Shown: positions 29,022 to 39,132 of the stretch, in pieces
Layout of the letters: every line of letters begins with the position of its first letter
How positions within the stretch are numbered: the first letter of the stretch is position 1
Virus record (IMG/VR): IMGVR_UViG_3300048597_000118
Location: 1 to 64,000 of that record
DNA length: 64,000 bases
Source of the DNA: a virus
Reading direction: 5' to 3' (one strand)
The notes under the pieces: generated by a model
What the model was told of the DNA's origin: nothing
Seen by the model: the letters and a program-made list of their open reading frames with translations, nothing else
The model's database searches: none
Position numbers and translations under genes: made by a program

Positions 29022-29303
29022 CTAAAACACTTTAACGGCGTACATGCGCGATACCACTTCGGTGCCCTCAGACCTTTTACTCAATAAAGCTAAGGAGTCT
29101 TTGGTTTTACCAGAGTTTCTAATAATAATCCCACGGTATACCTTCTCTCCGTTATAAAAAAAGTCCACTAATTCTCCTAACCCCAGAGCAAAACTAACAG
29201 TCGCATATTGTCCTGACAGCTCTTTTACTGAATAAGTAGGTGTTGGCTTTAGTCCCGGGTCAGTATCGTCTTGTAGATGAGCGGGCAAATAAATATTATC
29301 CAT
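29022..29303 (-). CDS. Hypothetical protein (93 aa)
   Basis: Packed ORF; its TAG stop forms part of the MITE target TTAG. Confidence 0.7.
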   Translation of the reverse strand: MDNIYLPAHLQDDTDPGLKPTPTYSVKELSGQYATVSFALGLGELVDFFYNGEKVYRGIIIRNSGKTKDSLALLSKRSEGTEVVSRMYAVKVF

Positions 29304-29308
29304 CGTTA

Positions 29309-31555
29309 TTAAGAGGCTGGGTATATAGGACTAGTGACAATACCATTGTTAGGCTGTGCCACAGGGGCAGGTAACGGAGACTTAGGATAATCTAACAGGG
29401 AGTAAGGAGTAGTTATAAAACCAGGGGTTGGTTCTGGGCTTTGCTCTACTACTACAGCATACTTAATTAATGGTCCTTCAGTTTCTATTTCTTCTGTTGG
29501 GGGCTCTTCTACTTCTATAGGTATTGCTCCTTCAGCAGGTATAGAATCTATTGAACCTAAAGGCTCGGGTCCCATAACTTCAGGCGGACCTTCTACTCCG
29601 ATAGGTGTACCTCCTCCTGCTGATACGTCGTCTATGCCTGCTAAGTCTTCAGGCGGACCTTCTACTCCAATAGCTTCTCCTACTTCTCCTGATATGTCAT
29701 CTATAGGAGCTAAGTCTTCTACTGTAGTAACAAATAGCTCAGGTAGGCGCATTAAGTCAGGATTTTCTACCTGTGTTAATCCAACTATACTTTCTTGCAT
29801 ATAGGTAGGGCCTTCTCCAATGTAAAACTGGATAGGTTGCGGGCTACGGAAAATAATTTCTTTAGCATCTAAGATTAACTGCCCATCTCTACAAGTGATA
29901 TTTAAGTTGTCCGTTGATTCTAAAGCTAACTTTTCTGCCGCCCGAATAAAGATATCTTTGGTGGCATCTAATACTATATCTGTAGCGAGAGCCAACACAG
30001 ATTCTTTAGCTTTAACCAATAAGCGCCCTAGTAGACTGAATAAGTTTACGTTTCCTGTGGCACTAAGTGTGTAATTGGCCTTAACTGGCTCTAATGGCTC
30101 CAATGTTTCTTCTCCATCGACTGGCACTTCACCTTCCAAACCTTCTTGCATACTAGCTGGTCCATTCATACCATCCTCTACCGCCCCTGCTACCGCTCCT
30201 GCTCCTGCTCCTGCTACAGCCCCTGCTCCTGCTCTTGCTGAAGCAGGTCCGCTCATACCATCATCTACAGAAGTAGCACCGCCAGCTGCCCCGGCTGAAG
30301 CAGGTCCACTCATGCCGTCATCTGTTGTAAGTGCTTCTTCTTCGTTACCGCTTTCATCAGACTCACCTCCAATAGACGAGCCTAGGCTAGAAAGACTAAA
30401 CCCACCTATACGGACATCCACGCCGTCTAAATACTTGTAGGTAGCCACGTTATATACTTCGTTCAACGCGTTGCCACCATTAACTACTTGGTGAGTGGCG
30501 TAGTTATATAAGTTCTTAGTTTGGTTGACCATGGCATCTTCTGCGCGATGCCATTGATAAAAACAGCTGAGTTGGTCTATACCTGTTTGTCTAAACGTGG
30601 CCGACGATGATTGTTGAATTAAATATTCAGTGTTAATCATCGTAGTTGGGGCATAAATGTCAAACACTGTACCAGAGTTAAATCTGTGACTCTGAGCTGA
30701 AGAGTTATAAGCATTGGAACTTTGTACGACTACGCTACCTTTATTAGTGAAGTCATACTTCTTCATAATGAAGCCGAGTCGGGACATAGAATACGCCAAA
30801 GTAGTGGAATATTCGCCTATCTCACTAGCTACGCTTAAGTCTCCTACTCCAAGTCCAGTCAACCATAGTCTCAACTTCAGCATCTCATCTGCTTTATGGC
30901 TGCCATTTAATAAATTAGTTAATCCGTTATACCTAGATACTGCTTCTTTAGCCGCCCCTCTTAAAGGCTCTTTGCGTAAAATATCATCTTTAGCTTCAAT
31001 AGGTACTTTGCCTGAAGCGGCTAAATCACCTAATAAAGAACCGGGACTTGATTGACCTCCACCACCTGCGGCACTTAAAGCAGAACCAGCTTGAGTATAC
31101 AAACCGACAAGTTCTTCAGAAGCCTGATTAGCTTGGTAAGGAGGCAAACTAGGGTATGCTCCGTCACCGACAGGCAAACTATTACTCTCAGCATCCAGGT
31201 AATTTACTACCACTTGTGAGCCGTCTTTGAAATCACTGGGTAGTCCAGGGCTAATTCTGAATGTATTTGGCTGATCAGTGGGTTGTATATTATCTATAGG
31301 CAGTCTTACAGAAGTAGTCTGGTCAGGACTAATAGCAGTGACTGTAAAATTGTTAGTGTTTGGCAAGGCACTAGTGTCGCCTAATATGCTTACATTTATA
31401 GTGTTATCTGTGGCACCTTTTACTAGCGGCACGTCAGTAGAAGAGCTAACTGTAATTCCGGTGTCAGGACCTACTGTGCCATAAGTTAATGGCGCACCAC
31501 TATCTCCAGGAAATAATAATTCGTTTAAGTCGTAAGTTTGGGGTAAGACTGCCAT
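29309..31555 (-). CDS. Spike-associated protein with gp5/VgrG C-terminal-like beta repeats and acidic Pro/Gly repeats
   Basis: Periodic segment LLVKAKESVLALATDIVLDATKDIFIRAAEKLALESTDNLNIT; low-complexity repeats. Confidence 0.55.
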   Translation of the reverse strand: MAVLPQTYDLNELLFPGDSGAPLTYGTVGPDTGITVSSSTDVPLVKGATDNTINVSILGDTSALPNTNNFTVTAISPDQTTSVRLPIDNIQPTDQPNTFRISPGLPSDFKDGSQVVVNYLDAESNSLPVGDGAYPSLPPYQANQASEELVGLYTQAGSALSAAGGGGQSSPGSLLGDLAASGKVPIEAKDDILRKEPLRGAAKEAVSRYNGLTNLLNGSHKADEMLKLRLWLTGLGVGDLSVASEIGEYSTTLAYSMSRLGFIMKKYDFTNKGSVVVQSSNAYNSSAQSHRFNSGTVFDIYAPTTMINTEYLIQQSSSATFRQTGIDQLSCFYQWHRAEDAMVNQTKNLYNYATHQVVNGGNALNEVYNVATYKYLDGVDVRIGGFSLSSLGSSIGGESDESGNEEEALTTDDGMSGPASAGAAGGATSVDDGMSGPASARAGAGAVAGAGAGAVAGAVEDGMNGPASMQEGLEGEVPVDGEETLEPLEPVKANYTLSATGNVNLFSLLGRLLVKAKESVLALATDIVLDATKDIFIRAAEKLALESTDNLNITCRDGQLILDAKEIIFRSPQPIQFYIGEGPTYMQESIVGLTQVENPDLMRLPELFVTTVEDLAPIDDISGEVGEAIGVEGPPEDLAGIDDVSAGGGTPIGVEGPPEVMGPEPLGSIDSIPAEGAIPIEVEEPPTEEIETEGPLIKYAVVVEQSPEPTPGFITTPYSLLDYPKSPLPAPVAQPNNGIVTSPIYPAS
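29577..29720 (-). repeat. Coding repeats EDLAxIDDxS...IGVEGPPE
   Basis: caggcggaccttctactcc twice and gctaagtcttc twice. Confidence 0.8.
30152..30322 (-). repeat. Three coding repeats (D/E)DGM(S/N)GPAS with AG linkers
   Basis: gctgaagcaggtcc(g/a)ctcat(a/g)cc(a/g)tcatct occurs twice, plus one diverged copy. Confidence 0.85.
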
Positions 31556-31563
31556 AAAATTGG

Positions 31564-32685
31564 TTAGTTAAAAAAGTTAAGTCTGTATTGACTAGAGTCT
31601 AAATCTAAGTCTGGTTTGTCGAGTCCGGCTAATCTCAACCACAAAATAAGATTTTCATTACGCTTAAATAGCTTACTGTCCTTAACAACGTCAAAGTAGT
31701 TCTGTATATAACGCGCGTCAGCAATTAAAGCCCATAACCCGGCTATATGTGACTTGACTGCTGCCGGTAAGGTATCTAACTTGTCTTGCTGTAGGTTTTC
31801 TGTTAAGGTCTCTCCTATCTCTAATAATGTCTCTACTATTACTGCTTGTAGTATTTGTCTTAGCCCGCCAGGTTTAGTTAAACTTAACAGACTATTACTG
31901 ACTCTATGGAACTCACGACGTATCTTATCGGGAGCTTCAGACATGATTAAATCCCAGCTATAAGAGTCATATTCGCCCAGTAAAAATCTTTGCTTAATTA
32001 ACTCTGGCTTAGTCAGTACCCCAGCTTGTCGTAAATTTGATTGTATTTCAGGGTATTCCCAATACGCAGTTAATGCCTCTTCAAAGACATCTAAAGTTTG
32101 GCTGGTGAGCCTTATCTTCCATTCAAATAGGTCTGTGAGTCTTTGATTAGCGTTAATCTCACTGGGATAACGATGTCCTACGGTAGCCCATATAATCTTC
32201 AAACACCCTTTAATTAATGACAGCCAATCATAGTCATTACTACTGTTAGACCCTAGATGATAGCAATAAAACGCAATGGACCCTAAAGGTCCCCAGCCGT
32301 TGGCTAAATTAGGTTCTTGTTGTGGTTCGTAACCTGGCCATAATTCTCTGTAGTCATACCTTGTCCATACTTTAGTGGCATGTCCAGTAAGCGTCTCATT
32401 AATATAATATTGAGTGTTATGTAAAGATTCAGATAAGACTAGTGAGAAGATGTAATCCCTATATTGTATAAGAGCTGGTCGTCCCATACCCTGTCTATAA
32501 GATTCAGCGTATTGCGTAGATAGTTTACTTAATACCCCAATGCCCCTTAATACATCTAAGGTGCGGTCTCTATCTAACTTGTAAGCGTTGTTAGAGTCAT
32601 AGCCTACTCGTTGTGCTTTAGGGTCTATAGCCAACCCGGCTAGCTTAGATAACTCAGGCTCCTTAACTTTTGTGATTTCAAGCAT
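31564..32685 (-). CDS. Hypothetical protein (373 aa)
   Basis: Packed ORF in the baseplate region; no motif recognised. Confidence 0.75.
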   Translation of the reverse strand: MLEITKVKEPELSKLAGLAIDPKAQRVGYDSNNAYKLDRDRTLDVLRGIGVLSKLSTQYAESYRQGMGRPALIQYRDYIFSLVLSESLHNTQYYINETLTGHATKVWTRYDYRELWPGYEPQQEPNLANGWGPLGSIAFYCYHLGSNSSNDYDWLSLIKGCLKIIWATVGHRYPSEINANQRLTDLFEWKIRLTSQTLDVFEEALTAYWEYPEIQSNLRQAGVLTKPELIKQRFLLGEYDSYSWDLIMSEAPDKIRREFHRVSNSLLSLTKPGGLRQILQAVIVETLLEIGETLTENLQQDKLDTLPAAVKSHIAGLWALIADARYIQNYFDVVKDSKLFKRNENLILWLRLAGLDKPDLDLDSSQYRLNFFN

Positions 32686-32689
32686 TGAA

Positions 32690-33325
32690 CTACTTTCCTT
32701 CGGTAGACGTAAATAACCTTAGCATAGTAGCTCCTAGTGTCTTAGGTATCTTGTCCTGACCCATAGACAACAATATAGACTCTATAAAAGCTCTACACCC
32801 ATAATGATGAAAAGGGTACAACCCCTTTAGTTGATATTGATACCCAAGTGTGTCTGACATCCAGTCTATATACATTCTAGGATTGTCTATGACTGACAAA
32901 GGGTCAACAAAATGGGTGTACCCAAACCAAGTTGATATAAGGTCTAAGTCTTGTTGTTTTGTTAAATGTGCCCGCTTAAGGTTTTCTATTTTTGGCAATC
33001 CTTGTTGGTATGCGGTAGTCAGTAAACTTGGCTCAAGTAAAGCCTCTAAGTCAGCTAGCTCTTTTTGCGGTTCTCTACCAAGTAATACCATCAGAGCTGA
33101 GCAACAATAACGTTGACCAAAGTTACCAGTCAACTTAACTAGATTAATTAGGTCGTATAGTGAATGAGTAGCGTGATAGTCAATTAATACGAGCGCTGTT
33201 TGAAAACCTCCTGGTATGCCTGCTGTGTGCATGGCCATACAGAACCTTAATTCGTCGTTAGATTGTCTCGTAACTGTATTTATAGGCTGCCCAGTGGGTA
33301 AAAACATAATATTATTCGAATTCAA
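32690..33325 (-). CDS. Hypothetical protein (211 aa)
   Basis: Packed ORF overlapping the upstream stop. Confidence 0.75.
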   Translation of the reverse strand: MNSNNIMFLPTGQPINTVTRQSNDELRFCMAMHTAGIPGGFQTALVLIDYHATHSLYDLINLVKLTGNFGQRYCCSALMVLLGREPQKELADLEALLEPSLLTTAYQQGLPKIENLKRAHLTKQQDLDLISTWFGYTHFVDPLSVIDNPRMYIDWMSDTLGYQYQLKGLYPFHHYGCRAFIESILLSMGQDKIPKTLGATMLRLFTSTEGK

Positions 33326-35156
33326 ACTGGCTAATGGTTTCTGTGGGCACGGTATAGTCTGACGTATTAGTTATAGGAGGTGGTCCTCCATTAGTTGGGT
33401 CAAATATAGGTAGCTTAGTGCCGTCAGTAGAAACAGCACAAGATAAGTAAGACGTTGATGTAATGACCTTAGGTTCTAATGGTAGCCCTAAAGACTCTAA
33501 TAACCCACTGAATAGCGAACCTATATTTAACTCTTCCCATAGAGCGAGGGCCAGCATCTGAAGTGGCTTTGGTAGCTGGTTAAGTAAACCACCAACAAAG
33601 TTTTGTAACTGCTGTGTAAGCATTTCCATAAGGTCCATAGGGTTAAAGGACAGCATCTGTTCTGGGTTACTTAGGTCTAAGGTTAACGGACCTACCTTAA
33701 TAACTGGAGCGCCATTAGCCCCAAAACTATAGCTTATTCCCATACCGGGCGGTAACTGACTATTTAATTCACTTAAAGGCCCATCTACTACGTTACCTAT
33801 CTGATTTACAGCTATTTCAGTTAAATTGACTACTTCAGAGTCTCCTATCATAACTCTCAAACCTCCATCTTCTCCCATTACAATATCTAATGGTCCTACG
33901 CCTCTAGACTCTCCAGGACCTAAGCCCTGCATTTCATCAAAGTAGACTATGTCATCTCCTAAACCTATAGAATCTGGTGTTATATTTACACCTAGGAAGT
34001 CAGGAAGCATGCTATTCAGCTCTGCTAATGGTTTTTGTAGTGCGGCACCAAAAACCTTACCGTCAAAACCTATTTGTCCTGTTTCAGTGTTTATAGCCAA
34101 TGGACCAACTTGTATATTGCCATCTTCTACACCTACCTGTAAGAAATCAGGTAACACAGAATTAAGCATGTCTAGCACTGCGTCTACTAAAGGACCATCT
34201 AGACCGAATAAGTTTCCTAGTATTTGACCAAAAGGACTTACACTTTCATCTACGTTCTGTCCTATACAGGCTAATAAAAACTTGGCATGGTCTGACTCAA
34301 CCTGAGCTTCTTCTAAAATCATCTCAGGTGTTTTAACAGGAAACACTTCTTGAGACTTTTGGATTAGAAAGTCGAAGTGTAGCTGTGTCCCTTTAGGACC
34401 TACAGGGTAATCCACTTCCTCCCATTTATAATCAAATGTTGGTTGTAGTCTTAAAGGGTACTCCATCTCTTCGCTGACCTTTAAGACTTTAATCTTGTCG
34501 TTGGCCTCGGCAAACGGACTTAATACAGGGTCAGTAGATTCAGCCGGTGCTCTGACTATGTGTTGTATCTCTGTAGATTTAATAGCAAAAGTGTGTGATG
34601 GGTAATGAAATTCATTACCTAATGAATCTACCCAATGTGCTCCTATAGGATGGTAATTAGAATGGAACGGGTCGTCTGGACCAAACCGCATCCGATGTAC
34701 CGTGCCACTAACCTGAAAATTATTATTGATGGCACCTGGTATAGTTCCTTGTGGTGCAGTACTGGGTAAATTAGGATTGCCTGATACGTCAGACTCTACT
34801 CCTATAGTAGGAATAATATCGTTTAATAACTCAGCTTCACAGTTATGGTGCGGTATGGTAGTTATCACCACAGGACGTTCCGACTTGCCATTAACAAAAG
34901 CTATTAATACATGGTCGCCTTCGTAATAGTCCCTAGTCTCCCCTACGAAGTAAGAACTATAAGGGCCAGAGGCATCACATTTAAGGATGCTATGTAAGTC
35001 CGGTACCCTAACATTTACAGTCCCATTAACTCTATTTAAAGGCGATATAGTCTGTACAACACCTGAGTATAAGACGTTATTGCGCTGGTCTTGCTGTGGC
35101 CAACGCTGCATCTCAGTAAACTTATTATCGAAGAAAATCTCGTCTGCTATAGCCAT
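33312..35156 (-). CDS. Baseplate spike protein with gp5/gpV OB-fold N-terminus
   Basis: GTVNVRVPDL...YEGDHVLIAFVNGKSERPVVITTI; follows the hub genes. Confidence 0.8.
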   Translation of the reverse strand: MAIADEIFFDNKFTEMQRWPQQDQRNNVLYSGVVQTISPLNRVNGTVNVRVPDLHSILKCDASGPYSSYFVGETRDYYEGDHVLIAFVNGKSERPVVITTIPHHNCEAELLNDIIPTIGVESDVSGNPNLPSTAPQGTIPGAINNNFQVSGTVHRMRFGPDDPFHSNYHPIGAHWVDSLGNEFHYPSHTFAIKSTEIQHIVRAPAESTDPVLSPFAEANDKIKVLKVSEEMEYPLRLQPTFDYKWEEVDYPVGPKGTQLHFDFLIQKSQEVFPVKTPEMILEEAQVESDHAKFLLACIGQNVDESVSPFGQILGNLFGLDGPLVDAVLDMLNSVLPDFLQVGVEDGNIQVGPLAINTETGQIGFDGKVFGAALQKPLAELNSMLPDFLGVNITPDSIGLGDDIVYFDEMQGLGPGESRGVGPLDIVMGEDGGLRVMIGDSEVVNLTEIAVNQIGNVVDGPLSELNSQLPPGMGISYSFGANGAPVIKVGPLTLDLSNPEQMLSFNPMDLMEMLTQQLQNFVGGLLNQLPKPLQMLALALWEELNIGSLFSGLLESLGLPLEPKVITSTSYLSCAVSTDGTKLPIFDPTNGGPPPITNTSDYTVPTETISQFEFE

Positions 35157-35162
35157 GGTGTT

Positions 35163-36746
35163 TTAGAAACAGCTTAATAAAGTTAGTTCGGTGTAATATC
35201 CTTCAGTACCATCATTAAACCTGTCTACCACTCCTTCCACGCGCCACATAGTAGGAGGCTCAGGTTTGAACATAATAGTGTTTCTATACAACTCTTGGCG
35301 CTCTTGAGCCGCTAAAGTTAACACTTCAGGCATATCAGTCGCATTCGGTGTCGTTTCTAGTTTTACTGGTCCTCCATTAGCATCGTCAGCAACTAGTAAA
35401 TCTATCAACTCCTTAGCCCCACCTTTATCTGAGGCGACTTCCTCTCCTTTTATCCCTAACATTGACCCTAACTGATTTAACCACCCGCCACCGCCGCCGC
35501 CGCCACCGTCGCCCCCTTCACTTGGAGCAGCTGCTTTAGCTGTAGCTGCAGTCTCTGTTCTCACTAAATCAGCCATTCTCTTATACGTGTCTTCATAAGC
35601 TTGATTCATACTGAAGAATACTTGACGGTCAGCAGCTATCTTATCTGGGTCAGTATACCCCTGGTGCATAGGTGAGCCTATTACCTGTATAGCCTCCCCT
35701 GGGATGATGCTCGGGTCCCCTAACATAGTTGCTGCAGCTGCTTTTACTTCCTTGCTTAATACCCTGGCATAAGCAAAAGCTACAGCTATAAGCGCCCCTG
35801 GGCTGTCTACAGCAGTATCATCAGTAACTGTAAAATAGCTACACGCAAAGGCTCGGTCTCTCCAACCGTGCGGAATTATGGACAAGTGGATTAAATTGTT
35901 CTTCTCACCATTGTTGTCACTTATAGAATGACTCTGAACGATAATATTAGTTCTCATGCTTATAGCTGAACGCTCTTCCCTAAAAGAATGCAGCATAGTA
36001 GCCATATGTGGGGCCTTACCAGCTGGGTATTGTCTAAAGTAATAAGTCCTGTTAAATCTAGACGAGTCAGTTAGCCCACTAATGTCTAGTCCGCGCACTA
36101 CATACCAATACTCTCCGGTGCGACTATCAGCAAATACTATGGTCGGCCATGGCTCTTGTTGACTTAAGAACTTGATAAACTCTAATGGTCCGCGCTCAGT
36201 CACTACAAAGTTGGTACCAAAATAGGATTCTACCTGGCTTTCATACGCAGTACGCCCTGTGACAATATTAAACTTCAGCTCTTTACTCACCGCTTTATTT
36301 CTAGTGCTACCCTGTAAAAATGCAGAATAGCTCAGCTGAGTAAAATTGTTATTCTTATCAGCTGTTGTTAGCGGTACTGACGAGTTTTGATTGGACAATA
36401 TGTAGTTGCTAAAGTCCTCTTTAGTGATGGCAGCTATATCCTTGTTGTAAAACTCAGCAATATTTTCTAGTAAAACATTGTTCTTTCCTTGTGCCTTTTG
36501 GGTAACCTGGTCATCCATTACATCTTCGTAGTATTCCTCGAAGTTACCAGCGTTAGGGTTTAGAATGACGGCGTTCTCTGTTTCGTTAGTCATCACAGAC
36601 TCATTATTAGAGTCTATTGTGACGTTGGTAGACTTAGTGCTTGAGCCGCCTGCCTTCCAAGGTATAAAAGGGTCAAAGCCGCCGGCCTCTAGTTTCTTTG
36701 CCGGGGTTACTGCTGGTGTTTCGGTAGTAGTTGGTTGTTCTGCCAT
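35163..36746 (-). CDS. Baseplate hub (gpD/gp27/Mu gp44-like), C-terminal part
   Basis: TMLGDPSIIPGEAIQV and WRVEGVVDRFNDGTEGYYTELTL. Start placed at MAEQP (36746), downstream of GAGGT. Confidence 0.7.
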   Translation of the reverse strand: MAEQPTTTETPAVTPAKKLEAGGFDPFIPWKAGGSSTKSTNVTIDSNNESVMTNETENAVILNPNAGNFEEYYEDVMDDQVTQKAQGKNNVLLENIAEFYNKDIAAITKEDFSNYILSNQNSSVPLTTADKNNNFTQLSYSAFLQGSTRNKAVSKELKFNIVTGRTAYESQVESYFGTNFVVTERGPLEFIKFLSQQEPWPTIVFADSRTGEYWYVVRGLDISGLTDSSRFNRTYYFRQYPAGKAPHMATMLHSFREERSAISMRTNIIVQSHSISDNNGEKNNLIHLSIIPHGWRDRAFACSYFTVTDDTAVDSPGALIAVAFAYARVLSKEVKAAAATMLGDPSIIPGEAIQVIGSPMHQGYTDPDKIAADRQVFFSMNQAYEDTYKRMADLVRTETAATAKAAAPSEGGDGGGGGGGGWLNQLGSMLGIKGEEVASDKGGAKELIDLLVADDANGGPVKLETTPNATDMPEVLTLAAQERQELYRNTIMFKPEPPTMWRVEGVVDRFNDGTEGYYTELTLLSCF

Positions 36747-36775
36747 GTTTAAAAAATACCTCATACATTTTGTAA

Positions 36776-38227
36776 TTAGCCAGAGCTATCAGCTTTATCT
36801 TCGTCACTAGCACTAGTATTTTCTTCGGTCTCACTTTTTTGCTCTGGTACATAATCAGAGATATCTAAGATAAAACCTTTTTCTATAAACCTACCGCCAA
36901 CATTGTAGTCCCCTAAATCTCCTATACCCGTCCGCGCTATATAAATGATGGCCAGCGACCTACTATTCTTTAATTGTGTCGGCTCTACTTTTGGCGCTCC
37001 ATTCTTTGCATTGTTATCACCAGCGCCGCCGCCGCCGGTATCATCACCAGCACTACCAGCACCACCTTCTGCTGGTATACCCGGCTTTTGAGCTAAGATA
37101 TCCCCTATTAACAAGTCATTATTGGCAGCAGTGTTAAAGGACCCAAGAGTATCCATTAAATACTTTAAGCGGTCTCTACACTGTACAGTCCATACTATGC
37201 CAGCTGATGCCCCACCACTTTTAGTTACAGTGTCAACTACCCAAACCCCGCGCCGTAATAATCTATTCTCAGCTATATCCTTCTGAGTAACAGGACGCAT
37301 GGTGTCTAAATAACCGAAGAAGATACATACCTCGTCTAATATGTCTAAAGGGGGAGCCTCTATTTCATCTTGGGTGGCTACTTTTTGTACTTCGGCCTGC
37401 TCCGCACTTTGTTCTACTTCGCTAGCTGCGCTGAAGAATTGCGACAAGCTAGAATTTTTGTCACCTAAAACCGTCTGTATATTCTCTTTAGAGACGACTT
37501 TACTAACCTCTCCATTAACAGATGTTCCCAACTCCTGTAATTCTTTTACCAGGTCTCGTATTACCGGCGTATATTGTTTCTTTCCTTCCTCGTCCAATCC
37601 ATCTTGAGAAGTACCTTCTTCTATCCCAGGCAGTCTGTTTATAAACAAGTCTTGGATACGGCTTATAGGAATACCTACTATCTTCCCGCCTTGGTTTCCA
37701 GGTTCGGTGTATTCCCTGTAAAGGCTGTCATTTAATAGTTCTAACTTGAGCTCTTCCGCTCTTTTCGGGCCATACCTTTTAGCTAACGTCTCTCCTGCTT
37801 GACTAGCGTCTGAGAATTTAACACCACCACTAAAATTCTGTCTATTCAGCATATGTCTAGCTATGCCACCAGGACTAGGAGGGATATCAGTGGTTGTATC
37901 TGTGGCAGACAGCGTACATTGAAAGAAGGCGGTTGATGCGTCCCAATAATTGTTGATATTCGTTCTAGCCTTAAGCACAACCCATTCACCAGCTTTATTG
38001 GTGTTGCTCATTATAATCTTGTTCTCTAAGTCTGTAATGGCACAGACTGGTACCGCCGCAGGCCTTTGTTGATGACAAAGCGCCCCAAAAGACGGAGCAG
38101 AATTACCTTTGTCGTCAGTAGTATACCCATAAAAATACGGCGCAAGTTTATTAGGTTTAGCTACTTGTTCCGTCTTCTTTTCTGTAGATGGCGGCGCTGG
38201 AGGAGTAGTATTAGGTTGAGTAGCCAT
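36776..38227 (-). CDS. Baseplate hub, N-terminal part
   Basis: DEVCIFFGY...GVWVVDTVTKS...WTVQCRDRLKYLMDT, typical of hub N-terminal barrels. Confidence 0.65.
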   Translation of the reverse strand: MATQPNTTPPAPPSTEKKTEQVAKPNKLAPYFYGYTTDDKGNSAPSFGALCHQQRPAAVPVCAITDLENKIIMSNTNKAGEWVVLKARTNINNYWDASTAFFQCTLSATDTTTDIPPSPGGIARHMLNRQNFSGGVKFSDASQAGETLAKRYGPKRAEELKLELLNDSLYREYTEPGNQGGKIVGIPISRIQDLFINRLPGIEEGTSQDGLDEEGKKQYTPVIRDLVKELQELGTSVNGEVSKVVSKENIQTVLGDKNSSLSQFFSAASEVEQSAEQAEVQKVATQDEIEAPPLDILDEVCIFFGYLDTMRPVTQKDIAENRLLRRGVWVVDTVTKSGGASAGIVWTVQCRDRLKYLMDTLGSFNTAANNDLLIGDILAQKPGIPAEGGAGSAGDDTGGGGAGDNNAKNGAPKVEPTQLKNSRSLAIIYIARTGIGDLGDYNVGGRFIEKGFILDISDYVPEQKSETEENTSASDEDKADSSG

Positions 38228-38245
38228 AGGTTATGTTTATACGGC

Positions 38246-38273
38246 AAAACGCTGAGCTATTACTAGTCAGCGT
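38246..38273 (-). terminator. Putative intrinsic terminator after the tail tube gene
   Basis: Hairpin ACGCTGACTA-GTAA-TAGCTCAGCGT followed by a short T run. Confidence 0.55.
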
Positions 38274-38298
38274 CTTACATTACATATTAGCTTATAAG

Positions 38299-39054
38299 CT
38301 ATTGCCCTACAGTGGGCACAATTAGGTCTTGATATTCGTTTAACCAAGAAGGAGCTGTATTCTCAAAATCACCGGTGGCGCGAATGACGTTATCAGCTTC
38401 AATTTGATTACGGTCATAAGCGTAATTAGTGTCACGATCACCAAGGTCAGTTTGACCTGTTTGGATACCAGCCCAACCACTGACTTCGTCAGACCGGTAA
38501 ATACCTTCACATAATCCTTCCCAACGGTTAGCTACGACAGAACCACCAGCCATAGCACCGAATGTTAACGCGTCAGTCTTAGCATAAACTAAGCGGATAC
38601 GACCCTTGGCCATCCGAGTAGAACCACTAGCACCTGCGTCATTATCAGTGCCAGCTTTTACATACGCCACGCTTCCATCAATGGGGTTACCATCCAGTTC
38701 CGGCGCATTCATTTCCAAAGTGATTTGGAAACGAGGGCTTCGGTTAACACGAAGTTCCCTACCAATAGAACGGAACCCAAAGGTTTGTTCAACAAACCGA
38801 ACATCTAAGCAACCACGTTCTAATACCCAACCAAATTGGAATACACCGTCTAATAGGCGGGGCACACGTTGATTTAATTCTAGATAGGGTTCAGTGGCAT
38901 TCCGCATGGTGAATTGGAACGAGGTAAAGGAGCCTGCCAGAACCTGAACACCAGTAGCTTGGTCTTGTACAAATACGTCAATGTCAAACCCTTGAAAAGG
39001 GTCTAGGATGGCGTTGTTAATTGCCGCCCGAGAAATAATATTGCCAGTAGCCAT
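38299..39054 (-). CDS. Tail tube protein
   Basis: Directly after the sheath; beta-rich, with GSFTSFQFTMRNATEPYLELNQRVPRLLDG. Confidence 0.8.
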   Translation of the reverse strand: MATGNIISRAAINNAILDPFQGFDIDVFVQDQATGVQVLAGSFTSFQFTMRNATEPYLELNQRVPRLLDGVFQFGWVLERGCLDVRFVEQTFGFRSIGRELRVNRSPRFQITLEMNAPELDGNPIDGSVAYVKAGTDNDAGASGSTRMAKGRIRLVYAKTDALTFGAMAGGSVVANRWEGLCEGIYRSDEVSGWAGIQTGQTDLGDRDTNYAYDRNQIEADNVIRATGDFENTAPSWLNEYQDLIVPTVGQ

Positions 39055-39068
39055 ATAATTTTAATCCG

Positions 39069-39109
39069 AAAAAGTAAATGGGGCAGGCACCGCAAGATAC
39101 CTACCCCAT
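39069..39109 (-). terminator. Hairpin plus U-tract between sheath and tube
   Basis: ATGGGGTAGGTATC-TTGC-GGTGCCTGCCCCAT followed by TTACTTTTT. Confidence 0.65.
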
Positions 39110-39132
39110 AACTAGAACAACAGATACTCTAT

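Noticed and set aside
29577-30322. Direct repeats that might suggest a CRISPR array
   Set aside because: Only 2-3 degenerate, in-frame coding repeats with low-complexity spacers; no cas genes.
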